DNA from: a virus
Lineage: Duplodnaviria; Caudoviricetes
Virus record (IMG/VR): IMGVR_UViG_3300020183_004978
Span: 1-52,563 of that record
Strand: one strand, 5' to 3'
Length of the DNA: 52,563 nucleotides
Position 1 is the first letter of the stretch. Every line of letters begins with the position of its first letter. Both the position numbers and the translations under genes were made by a program. Shown here one piece after another: positions 27,759 through 37,558 of the stretch. A model generated the notes under the pieces. It was not told the DNA's origin. It did not search any database and saw nothing but the letters and a program-made list of their open reading frames with translations.

Positions 27759-28631
27759 TTATATTAACCTATAAATCGCTTTTACGTTCCAATTTCCTGC
27801 GGAGGGAAACACAATGAAATCTATGTTTCCTCCTCCTTGTCCCACGTATACGTCGACGGTAGAAGTATCTCCGATGTCGAGAGTAGAATTATCATACGTT
27901 TTTAAATCATTTCCCTTAAAAACTGCAGCGATATTTCCAGCTCTTGCGTTGGATCCTGAGTTTATTGTATATTCAAAGAAAGCAGCAGAGTAGGATTGCG
28001 TAGGAATGATTATTATGCTTGTATTTACTCCGCTTTGTGCTACGCCTCCTAAAGTAGCGTGCAGGGAAGAAGATAGAAAAATAGAACCCGTTATCGATAA
28101 GCTTCCACTTATGGTGACTTGTTGATTCAAATTATTGACGAACGACGCGGTCGAAGCGAAACTACTACTCAACACGGTTAAGGAACTCGTTTGGTTATCG
28201 TATACAGCTCCTGGTACGAACGAGGCGGTGAGAGAGTAAGACGCAGATATTGCTTTTTCTGCCCAACTAGAAGTTCCGTATAGAGATCCTGTTACTCCTC
28301 CTAACGCGTTTAAAGATCCGCTAACAGTCAAAGAACCCGTTACGAGTTCGGTAGAAGACGTAATTACTTGTACAACGATCGTTTGCGCAGTTAATGTACC
28401 CTTTACAGTAAAATCGTTAGCGAAAGACGAAGTTGTAGCAAAAATTGCGTGAGAAGCGCTGATTGCATCTTGAGCTTGAGAAGCAGATATAGCGAAAGAT
28501 GCTGTGTTTGAGAGAAGGCTAGAGCTAGATATTGTGTTCCAAAGTCCATTTTCAGCATCGTAAATAGGTACGTGACCACTCTGTGGCGCGTTTATGTTTA
28601 CTTCTACTGGCTCTCTACCTATTCTTTTCAT
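27759..28631 (-). CDS. Ser/Thr-rich virion structural or fibre-associated protein
   Basis: TASFA/SAS and [ST]GSL repeats; shares G..TAQT.VVQ..TSS with the tail fibre linker. Confidence 0.65.
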   Translation of the reverse strand: MKRIGREPVEVNINAPQSGHVPIYDAENGLWNTISSSSLLSNTASFAISASQAQDAISASHAIFATTSSFANDFTVKGTLTAQTIVVQVITSSTELVTGSLTVSGSLNALGGVTGSLYGTSSWAEKAISASYSLTASFVPGAVYDNQTSSLTVLSSSFASTASFVNNLNQQVTISGSLSITGSIFLSSSLHATLGGVAQSGVNTSIIIIPTQSYSAAFFEYTINSGSNARAGNIAAVFKGNDLKTYDNSTLDIGDTSTVDVYVGQGGGNIDFIVFPSAGNWNVKAIYRLI

Positions 28632-28633
28632 AT

Positions 28634-28975
28634 TTAATCCGTTGCGTTTTCAAGTATTGATAATACTACGTTTAAAGAGCCAGAAACTGGCGTTTCCATG
28701 ATTAACGCATCATTCTTTTCTAATATTACTTTACCAGGAAGCGGGTTTATAGCTTCTCCAACCGGTATGGAAGAGTTGTACAGTAAGTAAGCAGAAGTCA
28801 AAGATCCGCTTTTTTGAACTTGAACGCTTACGGTTTGTATACTGCCAGTAACATTAGTCACCGCAGCTGATAAAAGTATAGCCGCCACGTCTAAATTCTC
28901 TTGATATATCGTATTACTACCGCTATTAAGCGTTTTTGTTACGACTCTAAACCTATTAATGGGTATCGTTGCCAT
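28634..28975 (-). CDS. Small beta-rich virion structural protein
   Basis: 113 aa ending GKVILE.ND.L....VVLSILE; located in the structural operon. Confidence 0.6.
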   Translation of the reverse strand: MATIPINRFRVVTKTLNSGSNTIYQENLDVAAILLSAAVTNVTGSIQTVSVQVQKSGSLTSAYLLYNSSIPVGEAINPLPGKVILEKNDALIMETPVSGSLNVVLSILENATD

Positions 28976-28985
28976 ATTTTTGTGT

Positions 28986-30767
28986 TTATCCTTCTAGTGC
29001 TAAGTTTATAGGTACTATTTTGGCCGATATTGCTTTGGTAAACGTCCTACCTTCTATAGTTCCAGTCTCTTGTCTTATTATAAAGTCGTTTCCTGAGTAA
29101 AAGTCTCCAAATTCGTCTCCAGCAGTGTAGTAAACTCTACCCCCAGCTTCCTCTTTGACTCTAATGTTAAGATTAGTCTTTCCAATGCCTCTTTGATTGT
29201 TAGGGAGACCTAAAAAGTTCACTCCGGAGCCTGCGTAAGCGAAATCGTGAGACGTAGAACTCAATAAAGAGCCAAATTCTTCTAAAAGGTTACTTCCAGA
29301 GTTCTCGACTACTACTTTTTGTATAGTATCCATCGGTACTTGAATAGATTGGGACACTTTTAGCTTACCCGCCGCTGTCATTGACGTGAAAGAGCCGCTA
29401 GGATCGTCTATAATGAACTCCCTTATGTATTGGTAAGACTTTATGAAGTCCCCAGATAATGATCCAGTAGAGTTGGATATTAACGGATACACAGTTATCG
29501 CCCCCTTAGTAAATGATGATCCTGAAGGAGGCGGTAGTGTGAATATTTTACCAGCAGATGTGTCTTGCGCCTTAAAAAGAGACGCTGCAAACTGAAAAAT
29601 TCTTGCAGATCCGCTGGATAACAAGTCATCCGATAAAGCATCTATGAGCAAACCCGAATCCCTTATAGTTGAAGCGTAGTTACTTCCGCTAATTTCGTAA
29701 GTAGGAGCGAAAGCGCCTGATACTGCCAATTTAGAAATCATGTAATTTCTAATACTGTTCTTATTCGATAAAAGCAGCGCAGATCCCACTGTGTCTACAG
29801 ATTGAGAAATTATGGATAGGTCGGGATTGACGAGTATTCTAGACCCGCTAGATCTCAGTCCAAAATCTCCGAAGCTTGTGTTAGAGTTCAATAGCGAAGC
29901 CTGTGCTCCGTCTATAGCAAAACAACCTACCCTACAGAAGTTAGTGAAAAAAGACACTAATTGGGCGTATGCTCCTCCCCTGAGGCAAATGCCTATTCCG
30001 TTGAAAGTGACCTGAGTGTACGCGTCGGTTACCATAGACTTTAGCGGAGAAGACCCGTCCAAAGCAGAATCGTCCACTATCATGCCTCCAGGTCCATTAC
30101 CAACTAGGGGATTACCGGATCCTGAATCTAGAGGGACATAGAACTTATCAAATGGCGTGTGGATAGCAGAGCAGTTTTGAATGTAAGGAGAGGTTATTAT
30201 TGAAGCGCTGGGAGCGAAAGCAAAAAAGAATCCATTCCTTGGATCCTCCAAATTGTCTATCTTACACCCTTCCAGTCTCAGCCCAAAAGCGTAAGTGCCA
30301 TTATTCATCAAAAACAAGTTGGAACCACTGGTGGCTGAAGTGGGTTTTACGACGACCGTTCTTAAATCGTCCCCAAGTATAGATGTGTTGGAAGGAACTA
30401 TTACTGGGGCTTCTTCTGTGTAATATCCTGACTTTACGTTAATGCTAACCCTGTAAACTGGTAAACCAGGATTTGCCGCTATGCTTGCGCTTGCAGCAAT
30501 GGTGGCTTTTTTTATCGTCCTAAAAGAAGTTTCTAGGGTTTTGCCGTCGTTAGTATCGCTACCTTGTTCGGTAACGTAAAAAATCCTGTCAACTTTCCCT
30601 AAATTAGAGCCTACAGCAATCACCTGCTCATTAGCGCTACCGCTTTTCTTTAAGTATACTTTCCCGTCGTAAGTATTTATAGCCAATTCCCCAAAATCAA
30701 GCGAAGAAGTAGTTGGCACCTTACTTGGAACGCTGCTACGGCGCAGCTTGAGCGTCTGTTGAGCCAT
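28986..30767 (-). CDS. Fibre/appendage protein with Mtd_N-like anchor and beta-helix-like body
   Basis: LKLRRS..P....L..GELAINTYDGKVY N-terminus; YV...GSD.NDG..F.TIK.A, GDDLR.VVV.P, SPYIQNCS, DAYTQ, QLVS.FT. Confidence 0.7.
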   Translation of the reverse strand: MAQQTLKLRRSSVPSKVPTTSSLDFGELAINTYDGKVYLKKSGSANEQVIAVGSNLGKVDRIFYVTEQGSDTNDGKTLETSFRTIKKATIAASASIAANPGLPVYRVSINVKSGYYTEEAPVIVPSNTSILGDDLRTVVVKPTSATSGSNLFLMNNGTYAFGLRLEGCKIDNLEDPRNGFFFAFAPSASIITSPYIQNCSAIHTPFDKFYVPLDSGSGNPLVGNGPGGMIVDDSALDGSSPLKSMVTDAYTQVTFNGIGICLRGGAYAQLVSFFTNFCRVGCFAIDGAQASLLNSNTSFGDFGLRSSGSRILVNPDLSIISQSVDTVGSALLLSNKNSIRNYMISKLAVSGAFAPTYEISGSNYASTIRDSGLLIDALSDDLLSSGSARIFQFAASLFKAQDTSAGKIFTLPPPSGSSFTKGAITVYPLISNSTGSLSGDFIKSYQYIREFIIDDPSGSFTSMTAAGKLKVSQSIQVPMDTIQKVVVENSGSNLLEEFGSLLSSTSHDFAYAGSGVNFLGLPNNQRGIGKTNLNIRVKEEAGGRVYYTAGDEFGDFYSGNDFIIRQETGTIEGRTFTKAISAKIVPINLALEG

Positions 30768-30814
30768 ATTTATGGTGTTTTGCGAAGGCCTATATAGGCA
30801 CCAATAAATATGCG

Positions 30815-30946
30815 TTAGTGAGTACTAAGAATATGGATAGAAGCTATTCCGTTCGCCTCTAACCACTCTATGGCTTGATCGTAAGTTAGGTTTTCTGCGA
30901 CGGTCGTGTTTGTGGATGTGTCTAATATGTAGTGTAGAGGTTCCAT
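30815..30946 (-). CDS. Small hypothetical protein (43 aa)
   Basis: MEPLHYILDTSTNTTVAENLTYDQAIEWLEANGIASIHILSTH; fills the intergenic gap. Confidence 0.6.
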   Translation of the reverse strand: MEPLHYILDTSTNTTVAENLTYDQAIEWLEANGIASIHILSTH

Positions 30947-30960
30947 TAGTTAAACGTTAA

Positions 30961-31185
30961 TCAATAACTATTATTTCCAAGATCTACGTCGTAGAAGCTT
31001 CCAGAATCTCCCCACGTATCTACTCCTGCTATTGTCAAAGATCCTGTCGTAGAAGCGCTAGATGTAACAAAAACCGATCCCGTAACCACTAAAGCGTTGC
31101 TAGAAGATCCGCTTATACTCAATACACCTTTAGTTGTATCGTAAGATAAGTTTGACAATATTTGTTTTAATTTGATTCTTGCCAT
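30961..31185 (-). CDS. Small Ser/Thr/Gly-rich structural protein
   Basis: 74 aa with four [ST]GS motifs; co-oriented with neck genes. Confidence 0.65.
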   Translation of the reverse strand: MARIKLKQILSNLSYDTTKGVLSISGSSSNALVVTGSVFVTSSASTTGSLTIAGVDTWGDSGSFYDVDLGNNSY

Positions 31186-31188
31186 GTG

Positions 31189-32418
31189 TTATGCGAATTT
31201 GCCTACACCTATGATTACGTCATCGGATTCAAAAGAATACTTTAATACGTTAGGATCTATTACCAATTGAGATCCCCCCGCAACTTGTGTAAAACTGAAT
31301 ATGGCGCTCCTTTCTATAAATTGACCGTTACATAAGAACAAGAAATTGTTAGAATTAGTAGCGGGTAGAGGATACGGCGCACTTAGCCAAGCGCCAAAAT
31401 TAAAGGTTATAGAGTTAACGAACGATCCGACTGACTCCTTATTTGTGTTAAGGTAATCGATAACCAATGTATCAGTTCCAGTTTCGTTAATTATGTTATA
31501 CACTGCGTCTGCTGATTTAACATAAATATTAGTCTTATCGCTAGCCCTTGCTTTTTCCACGTCTGAATATGTTGTTTCTAAACCAAAAACGACCTTTGAA
31601 ACGCTATACACCCTATTCATAGCAGCGAGCTCCTTGTTTATGGAATCTGGTATTAGGTAGCCGTTTAATTTTATGCTAAAATTACACCTGATCGCCCTAT
31701 CCTCTCCCACTTCGTAGGTTATAGTGTCTTCGAAAGATTCTATATCGCTGTAAAATTGAAACTTATTGGCGTCTCCCCAATAACTCCTAGAAGCAAAATT
31801 TAAAGCTTCCACCACCTTGTCCATCTGTTCTATGAAGTGAGTGAATACTACGCATTCGTACTCTATTGTTACGTAATCCGGGGTAACACTAACTATGTAT
31901 TCCTTCTCTTCTGCCCTCTGCTGAAACGCATCCAGTCTAGTGTAAACGTTTCTTTTGGTATACCCTTTTTCGAACAGTTGTAAGTTTCTAGAAATGTTAC
32001 CGTCCAATTTGTGACCCAAGTTTCTGTTTTGCGTCATCGATCTCCTTTTGAAAACCAAGAGCGGAGCCATGAGTTTGTAGTAACCGTCCCTGTAATATCC
32101 ATCCGCCTGAATGCTTTTCCACACTTCGGGGTTTCCGTATATGATCGGTATGGGTAACCTAGTATTGTTTTGAATGACTGAAAGCCTTAGAACGTTATTG
32201 AAATAATACATCACCGCTTCGTCTATGTCCTTTATTCCTATGTTAAAGTTCCTGTCCTTGTCATCTTTTTGGGAAATCTCCCTAGCCCTGTTTATTTCTG
32301 GGGTGCCAGCCTTTGCCTTTTCTGAAAATACTTCGTTGGGATTGCCATACCCCTTTGTGTAAGGCTTTACCAACTTGTTCATGAACTCTTTTCTATTTTC
32401 AGGTCTCACTCTTGCCAT
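31189..32418 (-). CDS. Tail terminator / sheath stabiliser (gp15-like) with C-terminal extension
   Basis: IPIIYG.PE.W, PDYV.I.Y....T....QM..VVE, F.IKLNGYL; third gene of the neck triplet. Confidence 0.65.
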   Translation of the reverse strand: MARVRPENRKEFMNKLVKPYTKGYGNPNEVFSEKAKAGTPEINRAREISQKDDKDRNFNIGIKDIDEAVMYYFNNVLRLSVIQNNTRLPIPIIYGNPEVWKSIQADGYYRDGYYKLMAPLLVFKRRSMTQNRNLGHKLDGNISRNLQLFEKGYTKRNVYTRLDAFQQRAEEKEYIVSVTPDYVTIEYECVVFTHFIEQMDKVVEALNFASRSYWGDANKFQFYSDIESFEDTITYEVGEDRAIRCNFSIKLNGYLIPDSINKELAAMNRVYSVSKVVFGLETTYSDVEKARASDKTNIYVKSADAVYNIINETGTDTLVIDYLNTNKESVGSFVNSITFNFGAWLSAPYPLPATNSNNFLFLCNGQFIERSAIFSFTQVAGGSQLVIDPNVLKYSFESDDVIIGVGKFA

Positions 32419-32419
32419 A

Positions 32420-32911
32420 CTACAGCCTTTGCTTTGTTATTCCGAGTCTGTCTGGGCTCGTGAAGTGGGTTATGCATATAATAGAAAAAGAGGATCCGAA
32501 GTTTTCCAATCCTGCAGAATAAGCGTAATCGTTGTCCTTACCTAATACCAATTGGTTTTCGTTTACCCCATCAACCTCGTGATATAGTTCATTAAACACA
32601 ATCACGTCCCCAGTTTCAGGTACGACGTTGGCTTCCACTAAGTGATCTTTTAGGAATCTAAAAGTTACGGCCCTGTTGTAATCTGGTCCAAAATCGTTAG
32701 AAACGGCCGTAAAATCTTCCCTCTGTATCAAGCAATTCAACAATACTGGTCCCATGTAATACTTTGACATCGCTTCTCCGTATACGTTGGGTTGAGTTTG
32801 ATTTAATATTACTTTGTAATATCCGCACTGAGTGGACACGATATCCTCTATCAGTTCCCTGCTTATGGATTTAAAAAAATTAATATCTCTCTTGCTGCCA
32901 AATATTGCCAT
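32420..32911 (-). CDS. Head closure / neck protein (gp14-like)
   Basis: NVYGEA..K, L...NVVPE.GDVI..N..YEV; synteny. Confidence 0.65.
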   Translation of the reverse strand: MAIFGSKRDINFFKSISRELIEDIVSTQCGYYKVILNQTQPNVYGEAMSKYYMGPVLLNCLIQREDFTAVSNDFGPDYNRAVTFRFLKDHLVEANVVPETGDVIVFNELYHEVDGVNENQLVLGKDNDYAYSAGLENFGSSFSIICITHFTSPDRLGITKQRL

Positions 32912-32912
32912 T

Positions 32913-34079
32913 TTACACTATGTATATCATCATGGGTACTTGATTAAGAGTCTCGCTTAAAGTTTGGTTCTCAGTCTGTTTCCTCTCTAATTGTTTTTGT
33001 CTAGACATGTCTTCGAAGTCCTGACGCAATCTTTCTCTTAGAGCCTGTTGTTGGTCCTTGCCCTTAGAGATCAAATCTGCTGAGTTTAACGTAGTTTCGT
33101 CACCTGGTATGTCTATAGTGGCATATTTACCTCTCACCAAGCCCAATAACTCAGAAGCTAAGGCAAGCGTGTACTCGTATATCCACTGTCTGCCAGGATT
33201 GTTTATCTGACTGTAAGTTATCTTTCCGTAAGGAACGTTGGAGGGATTCGTGATCCTTCCCAAATCGCTATTGTATGGACTGTTATCGATTATATTAGAC
33301 ATCTCGGATTTTAAGCTGTACTCGAACCACAGTCTCATGTCTTGGGTCTCGGGTTTTGGAAATAACCTGAGCTTATTGTTGGTCATTTCGAAGCTGTAAG
33401 CTGATCTCCTAACTTGGTTTGACATTTCTATCTGTTGTATCCTAGAGATGTCCCAGTATATCGGAAACAATACGAAATTAAGACCAGGAGAGTAGCTAGC
33501 AAAACCAAAATTTTCAGTCGCGCCCTGATAGTTGATAGAACCACCTATGTAAGGATCGTAGTATTGGTTTATAGCTGGATTGCCCATATAGAATATTCTC
33601 TGTATGACTACCCTATCGCTTGGAGACATGCTCGCGCTTGCAGAAGCCCAAGTTTGCATATCGTACACTTGTTGACCAGCTACGAGATCCAAAGATCCTG
33701 TATAAAAAGTCGTAGTACCCCCCACTCCTATTTGCGAACCGTAAGTGTCCGCTAGGTTTACTATGCTATTGAGAGTGGGTACGATAACTATGTTGTTAAG
33801 GGCAGATCCTGTGGGAGAACCCTCCAAAGAGAGGTAGTTGTCTTTGATCTTAGCGTGATACAGTTCTTCTGAATACACGGATACTGACTCTTCAAAACAA
33901 GCATAGAGCTGTATGTCTTGAAGCTCCACGTCCATTATCGGGTATCCCAACTTTATAGCGCAGTACTTTGCGACCTTATCTGCGTCGGAAGCGAATTGGG
34001 CGTCTGTATCGTAGAAGCCGAACGGTGTTGACCCCGTTGTGAAACTTGAGGACCCGGGCCATATAATGGGGTTAGCCAT
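32913..34079 (-). CDS. Head-tail adaptor / neck protein (gp13-like)
   Basis: LGYPIMDVEL...Q, WIYEYTLAL..E.LG.VRGKY..IPG...TLN motifs. Confidence 0.8.
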   Translation of the reverse strand: MANPIIWPGSSSFTTGSTPFGFYDTDAQFASDADKVAKYCAIKLGYPIMDVELQDIQLYACFEESVSVYSEELYHAKIKDNYLSLEGSPTGSALNNIVIVPTLNSIVNLADTYGSQIGVGGTTTFYTGSLDLVAGQQVYDMQTWASASASMSPSDRVVIQRIFYMGNPAINQYYDPYIGGSINYQGATENFGFASYSPGLNFVLFPIYWDISRIQQIEMSNQVRRSAYSFEMTNNKLRLFPKPETQDMRLWFEYSLKSEMSNIIDNSPYNSDLGRITNPSNVPYGKITYSQINNPGRQWIYEYTLALASELLGLVRGKYATIDIPGDETTLNSADLISKGKDQQQALRERLRQDFEDMSRQKQLERKQTENQTLSETLNQVPMMIYIV

Positions 34080-34091
34080 TTATTTTTGGTT

Positions 34092-34099
34092 ATAAATAT
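34092..34099 (-). promoter_or_regulatory. ATATTTAT putative late promoter motif (neck operon)
   Basis: Intergenic, upstream of ATG 34079. Confidence 0.65.
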
Positions 34100-34104
34100 C
34101 GAAC

Positions 34105-34770
34105 TTACCTGAAGTTATCGTAGACACTCAGTATATCTTCGACTATACGATCTCGGTGATTAGTTTTGAGAGTGACGACCTTAAACCCATTTACTGTGTT
34201 AAAGTTAGTGCACAGGAAGTGAAAACCAGATTGTTTGGTGTCTTTTAAGTCTATTTGTGAAGTATCTCCGCATATCACCATCTTGGTGCCTACACATATC
34301 CTACCCAAGAGCAGTTCCATTTGTTTAGACGTTATGTTTTGACCCTCGTCCACCACAACGCAACAGTTCGTAAAGTTTCTACCACGCATGAAAGCAAGCG
34401 GTATAACTTCTATATTACCGTCTATTATTTCCTTATCTACCTTCTCCTTGCTATAAAGTCGGTACATGTTATCATATATGGCGGCAGTGTAAGGAGCGAG
34501 CTTTGCATCTTTGTCCCCAGGCATGAACCCGAGCTCTTCCCCAGCGTTAACAGCGGGACGTGTAAGTACCACCTTCTCTACTTCTTTCTTGAATAGGAGA
34601 TCAAGGGCGACTTGGGCAGCGACCAGGGACTTACCAGAACCTGCATGCCCCTTTATGACAGTAACTTTGTTTTCGAGTATTATTTGTTTTGCTACTTTCT
34701 GCTCTTCGTTGAGTTGAATAAGAAACCTTATTGGATTTTTCAACTTTTTCTTCGCAATCTCTTCAGTCAT
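34105..34770 (-). CDS. phoH: PhoH family ATPase
   Basis: G.AGSGKS, LTRPAV, LGFMPG, LAFMRGRNF, DEGQN, GD..Q.D, HR motifs; ATG at 34770 preferred because the upstream motif lies at 34783-34790. Confidence 0.95.
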   Translation of the reverse strand: MTEEIAKKKLKNPIRFLIQLNEEQKVAKQIILENKVTVIKGHAGSGKSLVAAQVALDLLFKKEVEKVVLTRPAVNAGEELGFMPGDKDAKLAPYTAAIYDNMYRLYSKEKVDKEIIDGNIEVIPLAFMRGRNFTNCCVVVDEGQNITSKQMELLLGRICVGTKMVICGDTSQIDLKDTKQSGFHFLCTNFNTVNGFKVVTLKTNHRDRIVEDILSVYDNFR

Positions 34771-34782
34771 GGTAACTTTTAT

Positions 34783-34790
34783 ATAAATAT
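34783..34790 (-). promoter_or_regulatory. ATATTTAT putative late promoter motif (phoH)
   Basis: Between the capsid terminator and ATG 34770. Confidence 0.65.
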
Positions 34791-34806
34791 GCTCGATTAT
34801 TGGCAC

Positions 34807-34838
34807 AAAAAAACCCAACCTTACGGGGTTGGGCTTTT
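34807..34838 (-). terminator. Rho-independent terminator after the major capsid gene
   Basis: GCCCAACC-CCGTAA-GGTTGGGT followed by a T run. Confidence 0.88.
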
Positions 34839-34858
34839 GTGATCTATAGTGAATCGAA

Positions 34859-36523
34859 TTACACTATGTTCAGATCGGCTACGATTACGCGACCGTAGTA
34901 TTCCGGACGAATCATTGTCATTGCGTAACGAGTCATGATACCCTTTCTTGGAGTGAAAGTGTTCGGATCGTACACAAGAGGAGTCATGATCAGCGGAACG
35001 TACGGGGAGTAAACAGCGCCTGTCTCGAGGAACTGATTGCCACGGAAACCGAGCAGAATCACGTTCTCAAGCATGTAAGGGTTCTTGTAAACCTTGTAGC
35101 GGCTGTTCAGGGCACCGATCTTCTGTACACCGAAGGCGTACTTCATAGTATCGGCAGCACCGTCTGTATCAGCAGCGAAGCCAGGGATGGATTCGAGAAT
35201 GGTAGCGACGCTGGGGGAAACAACCATGAAGTTAGCGCCGCCGCGCAGTGTGCGCTGGTGGATGATGTTGCTAACTTTTTGAAGTTTGATACCCAGAGTT
35301 TGGAACCAACTCATTTGGGTGTAGTACACACCTGCAGTATTTGAATCGAAAGCTGTACCCGTTGTGTTGATTTGGTTACCAACTTTAGCAGACCAGTACT
35401 CGGTAGTGGCTGCGTTCTGAATCAGCATATCGAGAACTTCCAGATCGATCTCAAGAGAGATGTACTCGGAAAGCATACCCGTCAGTTCGGCCTCTGCGTC
35501 CAACGAATGGTAAGCGTTGAGGTCCTGAGCGAATTCGGGAGTCCATTGAGCTTTCAGTTTTCTTGTTTTAGCAGATATGGTTTTGCTCTTCATTTGAACG
35601 TTAACCTCTGGCATAACGATAGTAGTAGCGCTCTGATCGTTGGGAACAGAGAAACCTTGACTAGATGTTCTATCTTCGAAATCACCGCGAGCATTGAAGT
35701 CTGTCTTCTTGTTGAAGAAGAGAGTGAAAGAAGAAGTGCTAGCTACTTCAGCAGTAGAAGCTGTAACAAAGAATTCTAAGTTAGCTCCATTAACGTTAGT
35801 GAAGCTCTGTAAGTTATCAGCAACGGGTATGATAGAACTAGAGACGAGCGTAAAGGCTCTTACACCGAGAATGTTAAGATCGCTTCCGTTTGTCAGAGAG
35901 CCAGTAGAGAAAACAATTTTCTTAATTTGGCCCGAAACAATGGAAGAAGAGAGGTTAGCGTTGAAATCGACGTCTGCGAAAGATGCAGTAGTGACTGCGC
36001 TACTCAAGATAGTAACAGACTCAGAGAATTGGTTCAGAGAGAATCCAAACTTACCGGCGCCGTAAAAAGCACCTTCAGCAGCGTTACCGAACTCGGCAGT
36101 GCGAGTACCGTAAACAGAATCACCGGATGTGAAAGGATTCTTGGTGTTACCGTACTGGAAGTCCAAGTAGAATACCAAGCCAGCAGGTAGATTCATCGGC
36201 TGAACGCTAACGAACTCTTTCGAAGCGATCTGACCGAAAATTTTGCGAACGAGCGGGAGAGCAACGCCTGCCCACTGCTCACCGGTACCGGGTGTGAAGG
36301 TGGCACCGTTAGCGGCAGTAACGCCACCGTTTGTTTGGGAGGATTCGATCACGAGCTGCTTAGCCTGGTTTTCCAGCATAACAGCCATGTTATTGCGATC
36401 GTAGTCTGCGAGACCCTTAAGAAGACCGGATTTTTCCCACTTCTTGGCGAGTCTTTGAGACACTCCCACTTGGTCGTGCCAAGGATTGGCCGACTCGAGA
36501 AGGGATTGTACTAAATTTGCCAT
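34859..36523 (-). CDS. gp23: Major capsid protein (T4 gp23-like)
   Basis: LENQA, LPLVR, VQPMNLP.GLVF, AKTRKLKAQWT.E.AQDL.A.H.LDAEAEL, Y.PYVPL, F.PRKG.MTRY. Confidence 0.95.
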   Translation of the reverse strand: MANLVQSLLESANPWHDQVGVSQRLAKKWEKSGLLKGLADYDRNNMAVMLENQAKQLVIESSQTNGGVTAANGATFTPGTGEQWAGVALPLVRKIFGQIASKEFVSVQPMNLPAGLVFYLDFQYGNTKNPFTSGDSVYGTRTAEFGNAAEGAFYGAGKFGFSLNQFSESVTILSSAVTTASFADVDFNANLSSSIVSGQIKKIVFSTGSLTNGSDLNILGVRAFTLVSSSIIPVADNLQSFTNVNGANLEFFVTASTAEVASTSSFTLFFNKKTDFNARGDFEDRTSSQGFSVPNDQSATTIVMPEVNVQMKSKTISAKTRKLKAQWTPEFAQDLNAYHSLDAEAELTGMLSEYISLEIDLEVLDMLIQNAATTEYWSAKVGNQINTTGTAFDSNTAGVYYTQMSWFQTLGIKLQKVSNIIHQRTLRGGANFMVVSPSVATILESIPGFAADTDGAADTMKYAFGVQKIGALNSRYKVYKNPYMLENVILLGFRGNQFLETGAVYSPYVPLIMTPLVYDPNTFTPRKGIMTRYAMTMIRPEYYGRVIVADLNIV

Positions 36524-36547
36524 TTTGATTTAATTTTTTGTTTTTTG

Positions 36548-37558
36548 TTATTTGTTTCCGAAAACTAGTTGCTGCCACCTGTCTACGGTCGGATTGGAAT
36601 CAACGATCGGAGTTTTGGGGGCGACACCTGCGGGTTTCGATGCGAATCCGCGGGATTCGTTGATGGCGTTCTTGTTTTTAGCGGTCAACGATTCGCTGAG
36701 GATGTCATAAACGTTTTTGACTTCTTTCACTGAAACAGCTTTGTCGAAGGACTTGACAACGCGAATCTTTTCAGATTCGTTGAGGTTCTTAGCCTTGAAG
36801 ATCTTGTTCATGTAGAGAAGCTTGGCGTTCAGAAGATTGATCTCTTGAAGCTTTTCGCTCAGGATCTTGATAGTATTTTTGGCTTCGTGAAGTTCTTCCT
36901 TAGCCTCTTCCATCTCTTTCTGGTGATCCTTTTTCTCTTTCATGTCGTGCTCGGAATGCTTCTCTTCTTCTTGCTTGTGCATCTTTGCCTCTTCATGCTT
37001 TTTCTTGTCCTCGTAAACATCGCTGTCCTCTTCGAGTTCTGCAAGGATTTCATCGAGGGAAAGAGCGTCCTTATCAGCATCACCCTTTTCGCCTTCAGGA
37101 GAAGTTACGAAAGGAGCGAGAACGTCTTTAAGGTCGCTGAACTTGATAGTTACTTCCATCTCTTCATCTTCTTCCATGGCTGACTCGTCTTCGGCCGACT
37201 CTTCGTCTGCCTCTTCTTCGCCCTCTTCGGCTTCTTTCATGTCATGATCTTTTTCTTCGTCTTCTTCCATGGCCTTAAGCTCTGCAAGGATTTCTTCGAG
37301 TTCTTCTTCTGTCATGTTCTCATAATCCTCTTCAACCTTTTCTTCCATGTGTTCTACTGGCTCTTGATAAGCCTCTTCTACTGTCTCATGTAGATCTTCT
37401 TCTGAGTTTTCCTCGAGCTCTTCTGACAATTTCAGGCGAAGCATTTCCTGAATCGCGGGTTCAAAAGCCTCTTGAAGCGAAGCCTTTGCGTTAGCAATCG
37501 CGGTAGCGCGAAGTGCTTTTGCATCAAGGATAGCTTGACGGTACAATTCGTTTTCCAT
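36548..37558 (-). CDS. Prohead core / scaffolding protein
   Basis: Very acidic coiled-coil protein directly upstream of the capsid gene; AI.DAK.L...A.ANAK..L.EAF, EINLLNAKLLY; ATG at 37558 after an A run preferred over the track start. Confidence 0.8.
   Translation of the reverse strand: MENELYRQAILDAKALRATAIANAKASLQEAFEPAIQEMLRLKLSEELEENSEEDLHETVEEAYQEPVEHMEEKVEEDYENMTEEELEEILAELKAMEEDEEKDHDMKEAEEGEEEADEESAEDESAMEEDEEMEVTIKFSDLKDVLAPFVTSPEGEKGDADKDALSLDEILAELEEDSDVYEDKKKHEEAKMHKQEEEKHSEHDMKEKKDHQKEMEEAKEELHEAKNTIKILSEKLQEINLLNAKLLYMNKIFKAKNLNESEKIRVVKSFDKAVSVKEVKNVYDILSESLTAKNKNAINESRGFASKPAGVAPKTPIVDSNPTVDRWQQLVFGNK

Noticed and set aside
28986-30767. Diversity-generating retroelement suggested by the Mtd_N-like N-terminus
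   Set aside because: No reverse transcriptase and no adenine-mismatched TR/VR pair seen in the window; the domain is a common anchor
34771-34818. Extended N-termini given by the ORF track for PhoH (and likewise 37559..37648 for the scaffold)
   Set aside because: The PhoH extension overlaps the terminator and upstream motif, the scaffold extension overlaps the structured leader, and the downstream ATGs have better A-rich context
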